Assembly: GCA_002841825.1 (NCBI GenBank)
Contig: PHAZ01000002.1
Coordinates: 1 to 51,731, forward strand
DNA length: 51,731 bases
Reading direction: 5' to 3'
Source: Deltaproteobacteria bacterium HGW-Deltaproteobacteria-22
GTDB taxonomy: Bacteria > Myxococcota_A > Polyangia > HGW-17
Every line of letters begins with the position of its first letter. Positions within the stretch are counted from its first letter, which is position 1. Positions 1 through 7,339 of this stretch are shown here, in pieces. The translations under genes and the position numbers were made by a program. The notes beneath the pieces are model-generated. The model saw only the letters and a list, made by a program, of their open reading frames with translations, was not told the origin of the DNA and searched no databases.

Positions 1-170
1 ACCATGTAAATTCCCGGATGATAAAACCAATGGGCCGGGGAGTGTGGCCAGTGTTGTTCCGGACATGGCTGATACTTGGGTGACATGTCGTTATTGTCGG
101 GGGATTTTTCCGGAAGTTGCCGGAAAACAGCGGTGCCCAGCAATGAGAAGAAAAGAGAAGAAAAGAAAAG

Positions 171-340
171 AGAAGATGCGGCCCCAAGTGGCCGCAGTCC
201 CAGAGTGGGAGGGGACCGCTCTCTCCGTTTTAGAAGTGCGGCCACTCTCTTTGGAGTGCGGCCACAGCTTTGGAGTGCGGGCACAGTTTTGGAGTGCGGC
301 CACTCACTATGGAGTGCGGCCACTCGGGGCCGCATCTTCT
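171..340. repeat. REP/BIME-like cluster: GGAG + palindrome units, tandem half-units, 30-bp terminal inverted repeat
   Basis: 171-200 (AGAAGATGCGGCCCCAAGTGGCCGCAGTCC) is the reverse complement of 311-340 with 2 mismatches. Five GGAGTGCGGCCAC-type units start at 233, 253, 272, 291 and 311 (period 19-20). The last is a full GGAG-TGCGGCC-ACTCGG-GGCCGCA hairpin. Confidence 0.8.
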
Positions 341-371
341 CCTTTCCTCTCCCAGAGTGGCAGGCGGGAAT

Positions 372-400
372 TTGCGTCGCGCGGCGCCGTGGTGCACAAT
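372..400 (+). promoter_or_regulatory. putative sigma70 promoter giving a leaderless xerC mRNA
   Basis: TTGCGT(372-377)-17 bp-CACAAT(395-400), then 6 nt, then ATG at 407. No SD present. Confidence 0.45.
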
Positions 401-406
401 GCGCCC

Positions 407-1312
407 ATGCGCACGCTGGCCTCCTACATCCCGGAGTTTCTGGCCGATCAGGCCCGTCAGGGGCACGACTCGGCCAACACCCAGCGGGCCTACGCCCAGG
501 ACCTGAACGCCTTCGTGGACCACACCCGCACCCTGCTGGAACGTGAGCCCGCGGTCGCCGACTTCACGCGTAACCGGGTGAGGCGTCATCTGGGCGATCA
601 CTTCGGCTCCCTGTCGCCGCGCAGCCTCACCCGGCGCATCTCCGCCCTGCACAGTTTCGCCCGCTTTCTGGCGGGGCTGGGACTCCTCGATGCGGCCCCG
701 ATCCTGCGGGTGAAGAACCTCACCCTGCCGCGGCTGCTGCCCCATCCCCTGCCCGTCGAGGAGGTGTTCGGCCTCCTCGACGCGCCCGACGCGCTGTCGC
801 CCGACGGGCTGCGCGACCGCGCCATCCTCGAGGTGCTCTACGGCGCCGGCCTGCGCCGCTCCGAGGTCGTGGCCCTGGACCTGCCCAACGTTCGCACCAC
901 AGATCAGGGCGTGATCCTGCACGTGGAGCACGGCAAGGGCAAGAAGCAGCGCATGGTCCCCGCGGGGATGCCGGCCCGGCGCGCCATCGAGGCGTATCTG
1001 GCCGTGCGCGGCACCTTCGGCAAGCGCCAGGATCCCGACGCGCTGTTTCTGAACCACAGCGGGCGGCGCCTGTCGGATCGCTCCCTGGGCAACCTGCTGG
1101 TCCGCGTGCGCCGGGCCTGCGGCCTGGGTGAGGGCACCACCTGCCACAGCCTGCGCCACTCGTTCGCGACCCACATGCTCGACTCGGGCGCGGACATCCG
1201 CATGATCCAGGAGATGCTGGGCCACGAGAGCCTCTCCACCACGCAGATCTACACCGAGGTCAGCCTCTCCCACCTGATGGAAGTCTACGACCGCACCCAT
1301 CCCCTGGCGTGA
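407..1312 (+). CDS. xerC: tyrosine recombinase XerC/XerD family
   Basis: N-terminal SAM-like domain (SANTQRAYAQDL). Catalytic motifs LYGAGLRRSE, GKGKKQR, HSLRHSFATH, LGHESLSTTQIY. Start moved to MRTLAS because the ORF upstream of it runs through the repeat cluster. Confidence 0.9.
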   Translation: MRTLASYIPEFLADQARQGHDSANTQRAYAQDLNAFVDHTRTLLEREPAVADFTRNRVRRHLGDHFGSLSPRSLTRRISALHSFARFLAGLGLLDAAPILRVKNLTLPRLLPHPLPVEEVFGLLDAPDALSPDGLRDRAILEVLYGAGLRRSEVVALDLPNVRTTDQGVILHVEHGKGKKQRMVPAGMPARRAIEAYLAVRGTFGKRQDPDALFLNHSGRRLSDRSLGNLLVRVRRACGLGEGTTCHSLRHSFATHMLDSGADIRMIQEMLGHESLSTTQIYTEVSLSHLMEVYDRTHPLA

Positions 1313-1436
1313 AAAAAACCGCTTGACAACCGTTTTCAACTTTTTTATTTCTCGGGAAACCATGATGCATGGATGCATCACATCAACGATGGCCAGGAGC
1401 GGCCGAACACAACCTTGTGACCACAGGAGAAGGAAC

Positions 1437-2150
1437 ATGCACAAGCTCGAGGAACTGACCAGCGAAGACTTTGTTGATATCGGCCGCAACGTGGGAAGCG
1501 ATCCCATTCACCGGGAAAGCCAGGACGCCATCGGGCAGTGGGAGCGCGACCTCGATGAACTGGAGAAGTACGGGTTCACCCGTGAGGAGCTGGCCCAGTT
1601 CAAGGAGCAGTTCCGGGTCCATCATGATCTGATGATCCGGCGTTCCGAGTCGGTGGCCCGCAAGAAGGGCGCCGTCGAGCAGCGGGATCAGATCATCCAC
1701 GCCGCGTGGACGTGGGTCGAGCAGGTACTCTCCATCATCGGGCGCCGGGTCGCCGGCAACCCCGAGCTGGTCCAGCGCTTCAACGAGGTGTATCCGGCCA
1801 ATGACGCGGGCCTGTGGCGCGCCATCGAGCCCATCGCGACCCTGCTGCGCGAGCACCAGGGCGCCTTCCCGGCGGCCGTGCCCGTGCAGGCGCTCCTCGA
1901 CGAGGCGCCCGTGCTGCGCGAGCGCATGTCGGAGATCTTCGGCAGGACCGACCTGGTCAAGGCCGAGCCGATCCAGGACACCCGCGAGATCGACGAGCTC
2001 GACGGGCGCCTGTACGTGACCATCCGCGAGCTCAACGCCGCGGGCCGTCGCGCCATCCGGGCAGGCCGCCTGACCCGCCAGCCGCCGTATTATCGCTTCA
2101 ACCACCTCCGCAAGGCGCCCCGTCCCACCCCGACCCCCGCCGAAGGGTGA
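1437..2150 (+). CDS. hypothetical all-helical protein with an apparent two-fold internal repeat
   Basis: AGGAGAAGGAAC SD before ATG 1437, strong GC3 codon bias, TTGACA at 1323. Halves align loosely (EQRDQ..AAWTWV..GRRV vs REIDE..RLYVTI..GRRA). Confidence 0.8.
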   Translation: MHKLEELTSEDFVDIGRNVGSDPIHRESQDAIGQWERDLDELEKYGFTREELAQFKEQFRVHHDLMIRRSESVARKKGAVEQRDQIIHAAWTWVEQVLSIIGRRVAGNPELVQRFNEVYPANDAGLWRAIEPIATLLREHQGAFPAAVPVQALLDEAPVLRERMSEIFGRTDLVKAEPIQDTREIDELDGRLYVTIRELNAAGRRAIRAGRLTRQPPYYRFNHLRKAPRPTPTPAEG

Positions 2151-2157
2151 TTTTACG

Positions 2158-2490
2158 CAGCCGGGGTTTTTCCGCCGCCGCCGGGCGCCCGGCTTCGTCT
2201 GCTGGGATTTTTCCATGGGCCCTGATCTCCCTGGGCAGTGCTGCGGGGATTTTTTCTGTTCCTGCGGAGACTGCGCAGGCCCCTGCGGCGATCACTCAGG
2301 CTCTGCGGTGATCCCACGACGCCCTGCGGACTTTCCTTCCAATGAAAAAGACATGAAAAATCGGTTGCGCGTATCCCGGACACGCTTGCGATAACACGGG
2401 CGAAGTTGCGGAACCCGTGAGGACTCCTGAGCGCATCTGCGAAGTCCTGCGCGGCGCCGCAAAGATGCTGCTGCGTTTCTCCGATGCGCT
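2158..2490. repeat. degenerate ~20-21-bp periodic array, consensus YTGCGGnRAT...
   Basis: YTGCG-type motif at 2199, 2241, 2262, 2283, 2303, 2324, 2365, 2386, 2406, 2427, 2447 and 2468. Weaker units at 2158, 2178 and beyond 2490. Confidence 0.65.
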
Positions 2491-2757
2491 CGCCCTAGTA
2501 CCGGTGAAATTCTGGAATTCGGCAAACGAGTGTCGCTAACTATTGGATATCCTTGTGGAAATCAGAACGATGCGCACATCCTGAATTCGGGTTCCGGCAG
2601 AAATGGAAGATTCGCTATGGGCCGGCTCATGCGTTCGGAAAAAATATTCCTTTTTCGGACGCAGGATTTTTTGATTGTTGAAAAAACAATTCAAAAACAG
2701 CTTGTATGAATTGACAAATATTTGATATGGCATGTTTTAGCTATGTTTGCAGACGTG

Positions 2758-2941
2758 TTCTTCCCGACCGATGATCGTGCGGGAAGAATCCGATCGGCGG
2801 ACCCGCTGTTTGGCGCAGGCGCGGAAAGGAGGTGACCGATGGACAGCAAAAAAAAAGGCCAGACTTAGTGACCTAAGCCTGGCCCGAAGTCGATCCGGTA
2901 AAGGAACGACCCGCAATCTCATCTTAGCCGGATCGATCGGG
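2758..2941 (+). promoter_or_regulatory. structured 5' leader with three hairpins and micro-ORF MDSKKKGQT
   Basis: Stems 2758-66/2780-88, 2857-68/2873-84 and 2890-98/2928-36. AAAGGAGGTGA SD, then ATG 2839 to TAG 2868. Confidence 0.5.
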
Positions 2942-3012
2942 TTTACAAGAGAAGAATCGAATCAGGGGGGAGAATCATTATTGTCTAACTGTATTCAAAT
3001 CAAGGAGTTCAA

Positions 3013-4431
3013 ATGAAGACCCTTTTTTGTTGCATGAGTTTGTTTTTATTCCTGTTCACGTCCTGTGTTGACGATCAATCCATGCCCAACGACGTCGACC
3101 CGAACCTGGCCATGGCCCCCGCCCCTGGCATCGTCGAACCTTCACCGGAGTTTCGCCCGGACCAACTGCAGGCGGATCTCCCGGAGAATCTGGCGATGAT
3201 CGGCACTTTCGGTGAGAACATCGGCACGTCATCCTATGATGAAATGACTGATGCAGTGCGCGATTCCGACGGAAACATTTTTGTGACTGGATACACGTAT
3301 GGATCTTTGCCAGGCTATACCAATGCAGGGAACACGGACGCATTTGTTGCCAAATACAACTCGAGCATGGAACTCATTTGGGTCAGGCAGATCGGTACTA
3401 GTTCGAGTGATATTGGACGTGCAATAGCTTTGGATGATACGGAATCTTATCTATATATTGCGGGACACACGAATGGTTCACTGTACGGAACCAATGCTGG
3501 TGGGTCAGATATATTTTATTTGAAAATGACAATAAATAATTCAATTAGCGTAACAAGGCAATTTGGAACCAGCAGCAGTGAATACGTGACGGATGCATCT
3601 TATGGACTCTCTTCATCAACGCCTTCTGCATACATCTATACTTTTTTAATTACAGGCTATACCTATGGGGCATTTAGTGGGTACTCAAATGCCGGGTCAT
3701 ACGACGGATTTTGGGCAAAGTGTCAAGAAAATGTTGGGAAGACTTTCCCGCCGATGATCACTTACTCAACAACGGTTTATCAATTTGGTTCTACTGGAGC
3801 CGATTACCCGATGGCACTCTATTTTGATGGTTCTTCATACGTTTTCACTGGCGGCTATACTGGTGGGGCCCTGGAAGGTTCGAATGAGGGTGGATATGAC
3901 TCCTTCATGAGGAAAGCCGCCTACTCCAATGGAGCACAAAGTGCCATTAATCAATGGGGTACGGTCAGAAACGATTATCTAAAAACGATGACTGTAAATT
4001 CCGACGGAACTGCACTTTTCTTCTCCGGAAATGAAACTGGAAATGGCATTATAATGGGACAGTGTGCCATGTCCAATCTTTATACGACATGGGTTAATCA
4101 CGTTCCTTCAGCGACTTATTATAATGTTAGAGATATTACCACCAATGGTTTGTATTACTATATTACCGGAGAATACTTCGGAGGAACTTTCTTTTCACTG
4201 CCATATACCTCGGATAGAGATGTATTTGTCTTGGCGACGACAGGAGGAAGTCGGGTGGATGAGTGGTGCATTAGGTATTGGGATGGAGATAATGCAGCTG
4301 ACGACGCTGGAGTAAAAATATTTATTGACGGGACAGATTTCATTTCCGTTGTAAATTCCTATGGTGATGTGGGAGCAGATGAGAACAAAGGCAGTCTTGA
4401 TGGTTTTGTCCGGGAGTGGACGTTGTATTGA
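3013..4431 (+). CDS. SBBP-repeat (beta-propeller) lipoprotein
   Basis: Lipobox LFTSC. Repeated D-x-x-G-N-I-F-V-T-G-Y-T-x-G-S-L...N-A-G-x-x-D-x-F blades and QFGT/QIGT motifs. AAGGAG SD. Visibly AT-rich. Confidence 0.85.
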   Translation: MKTLFCCMSLFLFLFTSCVDDQSMPNDVDPNLAMAPAPGIVEPSPEFRPDQLQADLPENLAMIGTFGENIGTSSYDEMTDAVRDSDGNIFVTGYTYGSLPGYTNAGNTDAFVAKYNSSMELIWVRQIGTSSSDIGRAIALDDTESYLYIAGHTNGSLYGTNAGGSDIFYLKMTINNSISVTRQFGTSSSEYVTDASYGLSSSTPSAYIYTFLITGYTYGAFSGYSNAGSYDGFWAKCQENVGKTFPPMITYSTTVYQFGSTGADYPMALYFDGSSYVFTGGYTGGALEGSNEGGYDSFMRKAAYSNGAQSAINQWGTVRNDYLKTMTVNSDGTALFFSGNETGNGIIMGQCAMSNLYTTWVNHVPSATYYNVRDITTNGLYYYITGEYFGGTFFSLPYTSDRDVFVLATTGGSRVDEWCIRYWDGDNAADDAGVKIFIDGTDFISVVNSYGDVGADENKGSLDGFVREWTLY

Positions 4432-4559
4432 TTTAAAGATTAAAGAGTAATTTAATGGTTTCGTAACCATCCTTTCAATGTCCCTTGCTGGAGAGTCATT
4501 GGCTTAACAAATCAAGGGAATATGGCTGACCCCGTTTTTTCGGGATCACCGAAATTTGA

Positions 4560-4739
4560 TCAGGCGGCGGCGGTGAGGGGCTTATAGTTGTGTGGCCGCA
4601 GATACGCGATTTGTTCCGGCGTGGTTGCGTTGCTCACACGCACCAGCACTTCCTTGAGATAATCCTCCGGGTTCACGCCGTCTAGCTCGCACGTGGAGAC
4701 CAGCGTCATCAAGGTGTAGCATCTCTGGCCCGACTCCGG
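4560..4739 (-). pseudogene. IS66-family transposase C-terminal fragment
   Basis: Own translation: PESGQRCYTLMTLVSTCELDGVNPEDYLKEVLVRV...LRPHNYKP*. This matches the IS66 TnpC C-terminal pattern (SLIxTCxLNGVNPxxYLxDVL...LLPxNW). Confidence 0.75.
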
Positions 4740-4741
4740 AT

Positions 4742-4815
4742 TGTCTCCGCATTACGGACATCGTGGACAGTCATTCCGGTCCATCGTAGACAGCGTTACG
4801 GTCCATCGTGGACAG
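4742..4815. mobile_element. IS21-family end with three 22-bp-period terminal repeats
   Basis: ATTACGGACATCGTGGACAG (4751), ATTCCGGTCCATCGTAGACAG (4773), GTTACGGTCCATCGTGGACAG (4795), lying just downstream of an istB remnant. Confidence 0.7.
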
Positions 4816-4900
4816 ATTGGGCGCTCACTCGAGGCGATGCCTTTTTCATATTGAGAAATACTTCCTCATTGTCTAAAACAATTTATTCATCCAAATTCCT

Positions 4901-5200
4901 TTACTTCTTGCTGGGGCACATGGAGGCGCCCTTGAGGTCGAGGCGTTGCGATGTGTGGGTGAGCAGATCCTGGATAGAGTTAGCCAGCGTCGGATCACCG
5001 ACCAGTTCGTGCGAGTGCTCCATCTCCAGTTGGCTGGCGATGATCAGCGAGCGGCGCGCTTGGCGGTGCTCGACGAACTCAAACAGATCCGGTCGTTCCG
5101 TGTCGGTCAGCGGCGCAATGCAGAAGTTGTCGTGCACGAGCATGTAGGGCACCACAAGGCGGTCCATGGTCTTGGCATAGAAGCCGTCGGCGCGTGTCAC
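4901..5200 (-). pseudogene. istB: IS21 helper ATPase IstB, degenerate C-terminal half
   Basis: RADG.Y, decayed Walker B (MLVHDNF), DLFEFVEHR, IIASQL, GDPTLA..I.D.L.H...RLDLKGASM. No Walker A or N-terminus. Confidence 0.8.
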
Positions 5201-5231
5201 GTTTAGGGAAAAGGATACCGAAATCAGCGGA

Positions 5232-7049
5232 CTACAGGCAGTCGGGGTCGGCCATGTCGATGTTGCCGTCGGAGTCGTTGTCGACGCCGTCGAAGCAGAG
5301 CTTCTCGGTCAGCGGCAGACCTGCGCAGGCGATCTTGGCCTTGGTGCCTACCGTGGCGGTCGTACGGCGGGAGATGATGATCTCGGCGCCGCGGGACGGG
5401 GCGTACCAGGGGCTGTTGGTGGGGTGGCAGCCCAGGGCAAGGGACGTCTCATCAGGACAGGGGACCGCGCAGTCGGCGTTGTAGGTGACGTGGTAGCACT
5501 TGGCCACCGGCAGGCTCTGGTCGAGCTTGGGGGGATGGCCGCCGAGGTAGGTGGCAGCGCACAGGGGGATCTCGGTGACGTTGCCGTCAATGTCGATGTC
5601 CTGGACCGAGCACAGGGGTTCGCAGACGGCGGCCTCGGCGTCGGGCAGGTCGGTCAACTTGGCCTCGCCGTTGGCAAAGGCCGGATCGGGGCAGCCGTTC
5701 AGCGGCGTGGTGATGCACTGGACCTCGACGAGACCTTTGATTTTGTTGCCCAGGCCCTCAAGGGCCACGGAGAAGTCGGTGGCGCAGATGGACGTGAAGG
5801 CCCACTGCATGTCTTCTTCTTCCTGAATGAACGAGGTGACCAGGGCCTTCAGGCGGACGGCCGGGTCAGCACCCTCGGTGGGGATGCCGCAGGAGGGCTG
5901 CAGTTTGGGGTTCTGGTTGTTGTCCAGGCCGACGGTGAGCTGGTTGGCGTAGGGGCCGGTGATGGCGCCCACGATGATCATGCTGGAGTCCTTCAACTGC
6001 GAGAGGTAGTTGGTGTACACGGAGATCGGGAACAGCATGTTCTTGGGATCGGTCGCTTCGCGGGGCTTGCAGTTGGTGTAGGTCAACTGGCCCTGGGGCA
6101 TCACGCGCTGCCATTCCTGGTCGCATTTCACACCGAACTCGGTGCAGCGGAAGGACGTCAGCGTGCCCAGGGTGTCGTTGATGTTGCCCGCGGGATTGAA
6201 CAACTCGGGCTGCTTGGCGGAGCAGTCGTCCTCGTCGGAGATGATGAAGATGGCCAGGTAGGCGTTGTCGCGCCAAAAGCCTGTGTTGGCGCCGGTCCGG
6301 GTCTCGAGGGCGCGCTTGACGGCCTCGAGGGGCTGCTCCATGCCGCAGCCGCTGGTTCCCACGGACGCCATGCATTTGAAGACAGCTTCGAGGGTCGGAA
6401 GCTCTCCAGTTTGTGGATCGATAACCGTATAGTTGATGCATCTCGGACAGTCGTTGGCGTCAGTAGTAAGGGCCAATCCGGCGGGCTCGGTGGGAATGCC
6501 GTCGAGGCCCGTGAAGGCCGCCACGTCGCAGTTGGCCTGGGAGCAGTCGTGGCTGATGCACTGGGTGGCCTGGCCCTCGACCACGTTCTTCTCGATGGTG
6601 CAGCCCCGGGGTTCCACGTCGACGACGTAGTTCTGGTTCACGGGGTTGGTGCAGGCGTTGCCGGCACCCTTCATGAACAGCCCGTTGTCGCCATTGGCCT
6701 CATCATTGCATCCGGGGATGTTGTAGGGCAGCGAGCCCAGATCCGGGGTGATGATGCCCAGGTGCAGGTTGGGCAGACCGCCGGAGATGTCCTTGAGGAC
6801 CTGCATGAGGTTGGCGAAGTTCCCCTGCAGGATGACCTGCTCGTCGGCCATGGACAGGGACGAGTCGACCAGGAAGATCAGATCGACGTCGCGGGTGGCG
6901 GCCTGGGCTGCGGAGAAGTCCGAGATCACGTTGGGCGCGGGATCGGCGACCTTCATGGGGCGCTCGATGCAGGCCCAGGAGAAGGCGACGGCCGCGATAA
7001 TCAAGGACAGTGAAGCGAAACGCAGGAACATTCTAGTGGGTGTCTTCAT
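5232..7049 (-). CDS. Cys-rich vWA-like myxobacterial lipoprotein (paralog 1)
   Basis: Lipobox FSWAC, MIDAS-like DLIFLVDSSLSMADEQ, G-C-G-M-EQPLE, IISDEDDCS, C-terminal E-x-C-F-DG-x-DND-x-DG-x-x-D-x-x-DPDC. GGAGGT SD and TTGTCC-17-TATAAG promoter upstream. Confidence 0.85.
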   Translation of the reverse strand: MKTPTRMFLRFASLSLIIAAVAFSWACIERPMKVADPAPNVISDFSAAQAATRDVDLIFLVDSSLSMADEQVILQGNFANLMQVLKDISGGLPNLHLGIITPDLGSLPYNIPGCNDEANGDNGLFMKGAGNACTNPVNQNYVVDVEPRGCTIEKNVVEGQATQCISHDCSQANCDVAAFTGLDGIPTEPAGLALTTDANDCPRCINYTVIDPQTGELPTLEAVFKCMASVGTSGCGMEQPLEAVKRALETRTGANTGFWRDNAYLAIFIISDEDDCSAKQPELFNPAGNINDTLGTLTSFRCTEFGVKCDQEWQRVMPQGQLTYTNCKPREATDPKNMLFPISVYTNYLSQLKDSSMIIVGAITGPYANQLTVGLDNNQNPKLQPSCGIPTEGADPAVRLKALVTSFIQEEEDMQWAFTSICATDFSVALEGLGNKIKGLVEVQCITTPLNGCPDPAFANGEAKLTDLPDAEAAVCEPLCSVQDIDIDGNVTEIPLCAATYLGGHPPKLDQSLPVAKCYHVTYNADCAVPCPDETSLALGCHPTNSPWYAPSRGAEIIISRRTTATVGTKAKIACAGLPLTEKLCFDGVDNDSDGNIDMADPDCL

Positions 7050-7221
7050 GATCTACCTCCGTGCGAAGAACCTTCAGGCACTGTACTTATACCCGTAAAT
7101 GGGCAACCGGACAAGCCACTATTTTGAGGAAAAAACTTTTTTATAAAGCACCAAATCACCCGACGTACGGACGTTTCTTTCATTTTGCATACAGACACGC
7201 TCCTCCGGTGCGATCACGGAG

Positions 7222-7335
7222 GCAGTCCCAGAGTGGGAGGGGCCGCAGTCCCAGAGTTGGAGGGGAATTGCGGCCCCGAGTGGCCGCACTCCAAAGAGAG
7301 TGGCTGCACTCCAAAGCTGTGGCCGCACTCCAAAT
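7222..7335. repeat. second REP-like cluster, same family as 171-340
   Basis: GCAGTCCCAGAGT(G/T)GGAGGGG at 7222 and 7245 (also 194-214). TGCGGCCCCGAGTGGCCGCACTCC at 7269-7292. Half-units at 7300 and 7319. Tandem units are inverted relative to 233-334. Confidence 0.8.
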
Positions 7336-7339
7336 AGCC

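Noticed and set aside
233-334. CRISPR array
   Set aside because: Repeats are 13 bp with 6-7-nt similar linkers, there are no unique spacers or cas genes, and it fits a REP-like tandem.
44-406. N-terminal extension of XerC in the ORF track
   Set aside because: It translates the repeat cluster (ECGH repeats). The recombinase domain starts at 407.
389-416. dif-like Xer site near xerC (GGTGCACAAT)
   Set aside because: Only a partial XerC-arm resemblance and no TTATGTTAAAT-like XerD arm. Better explained as a -10 region.
2098-2733. Short ORFs across the periodic array
   Set aside because: No SD, no host codon bias, and frames are broken by 20-bp units.
4751-4815. Mini-CRISPR or iterons
   Set aside because: Contiguous 22-bp-period repeats beside istB match IS21-family terminal repeats.
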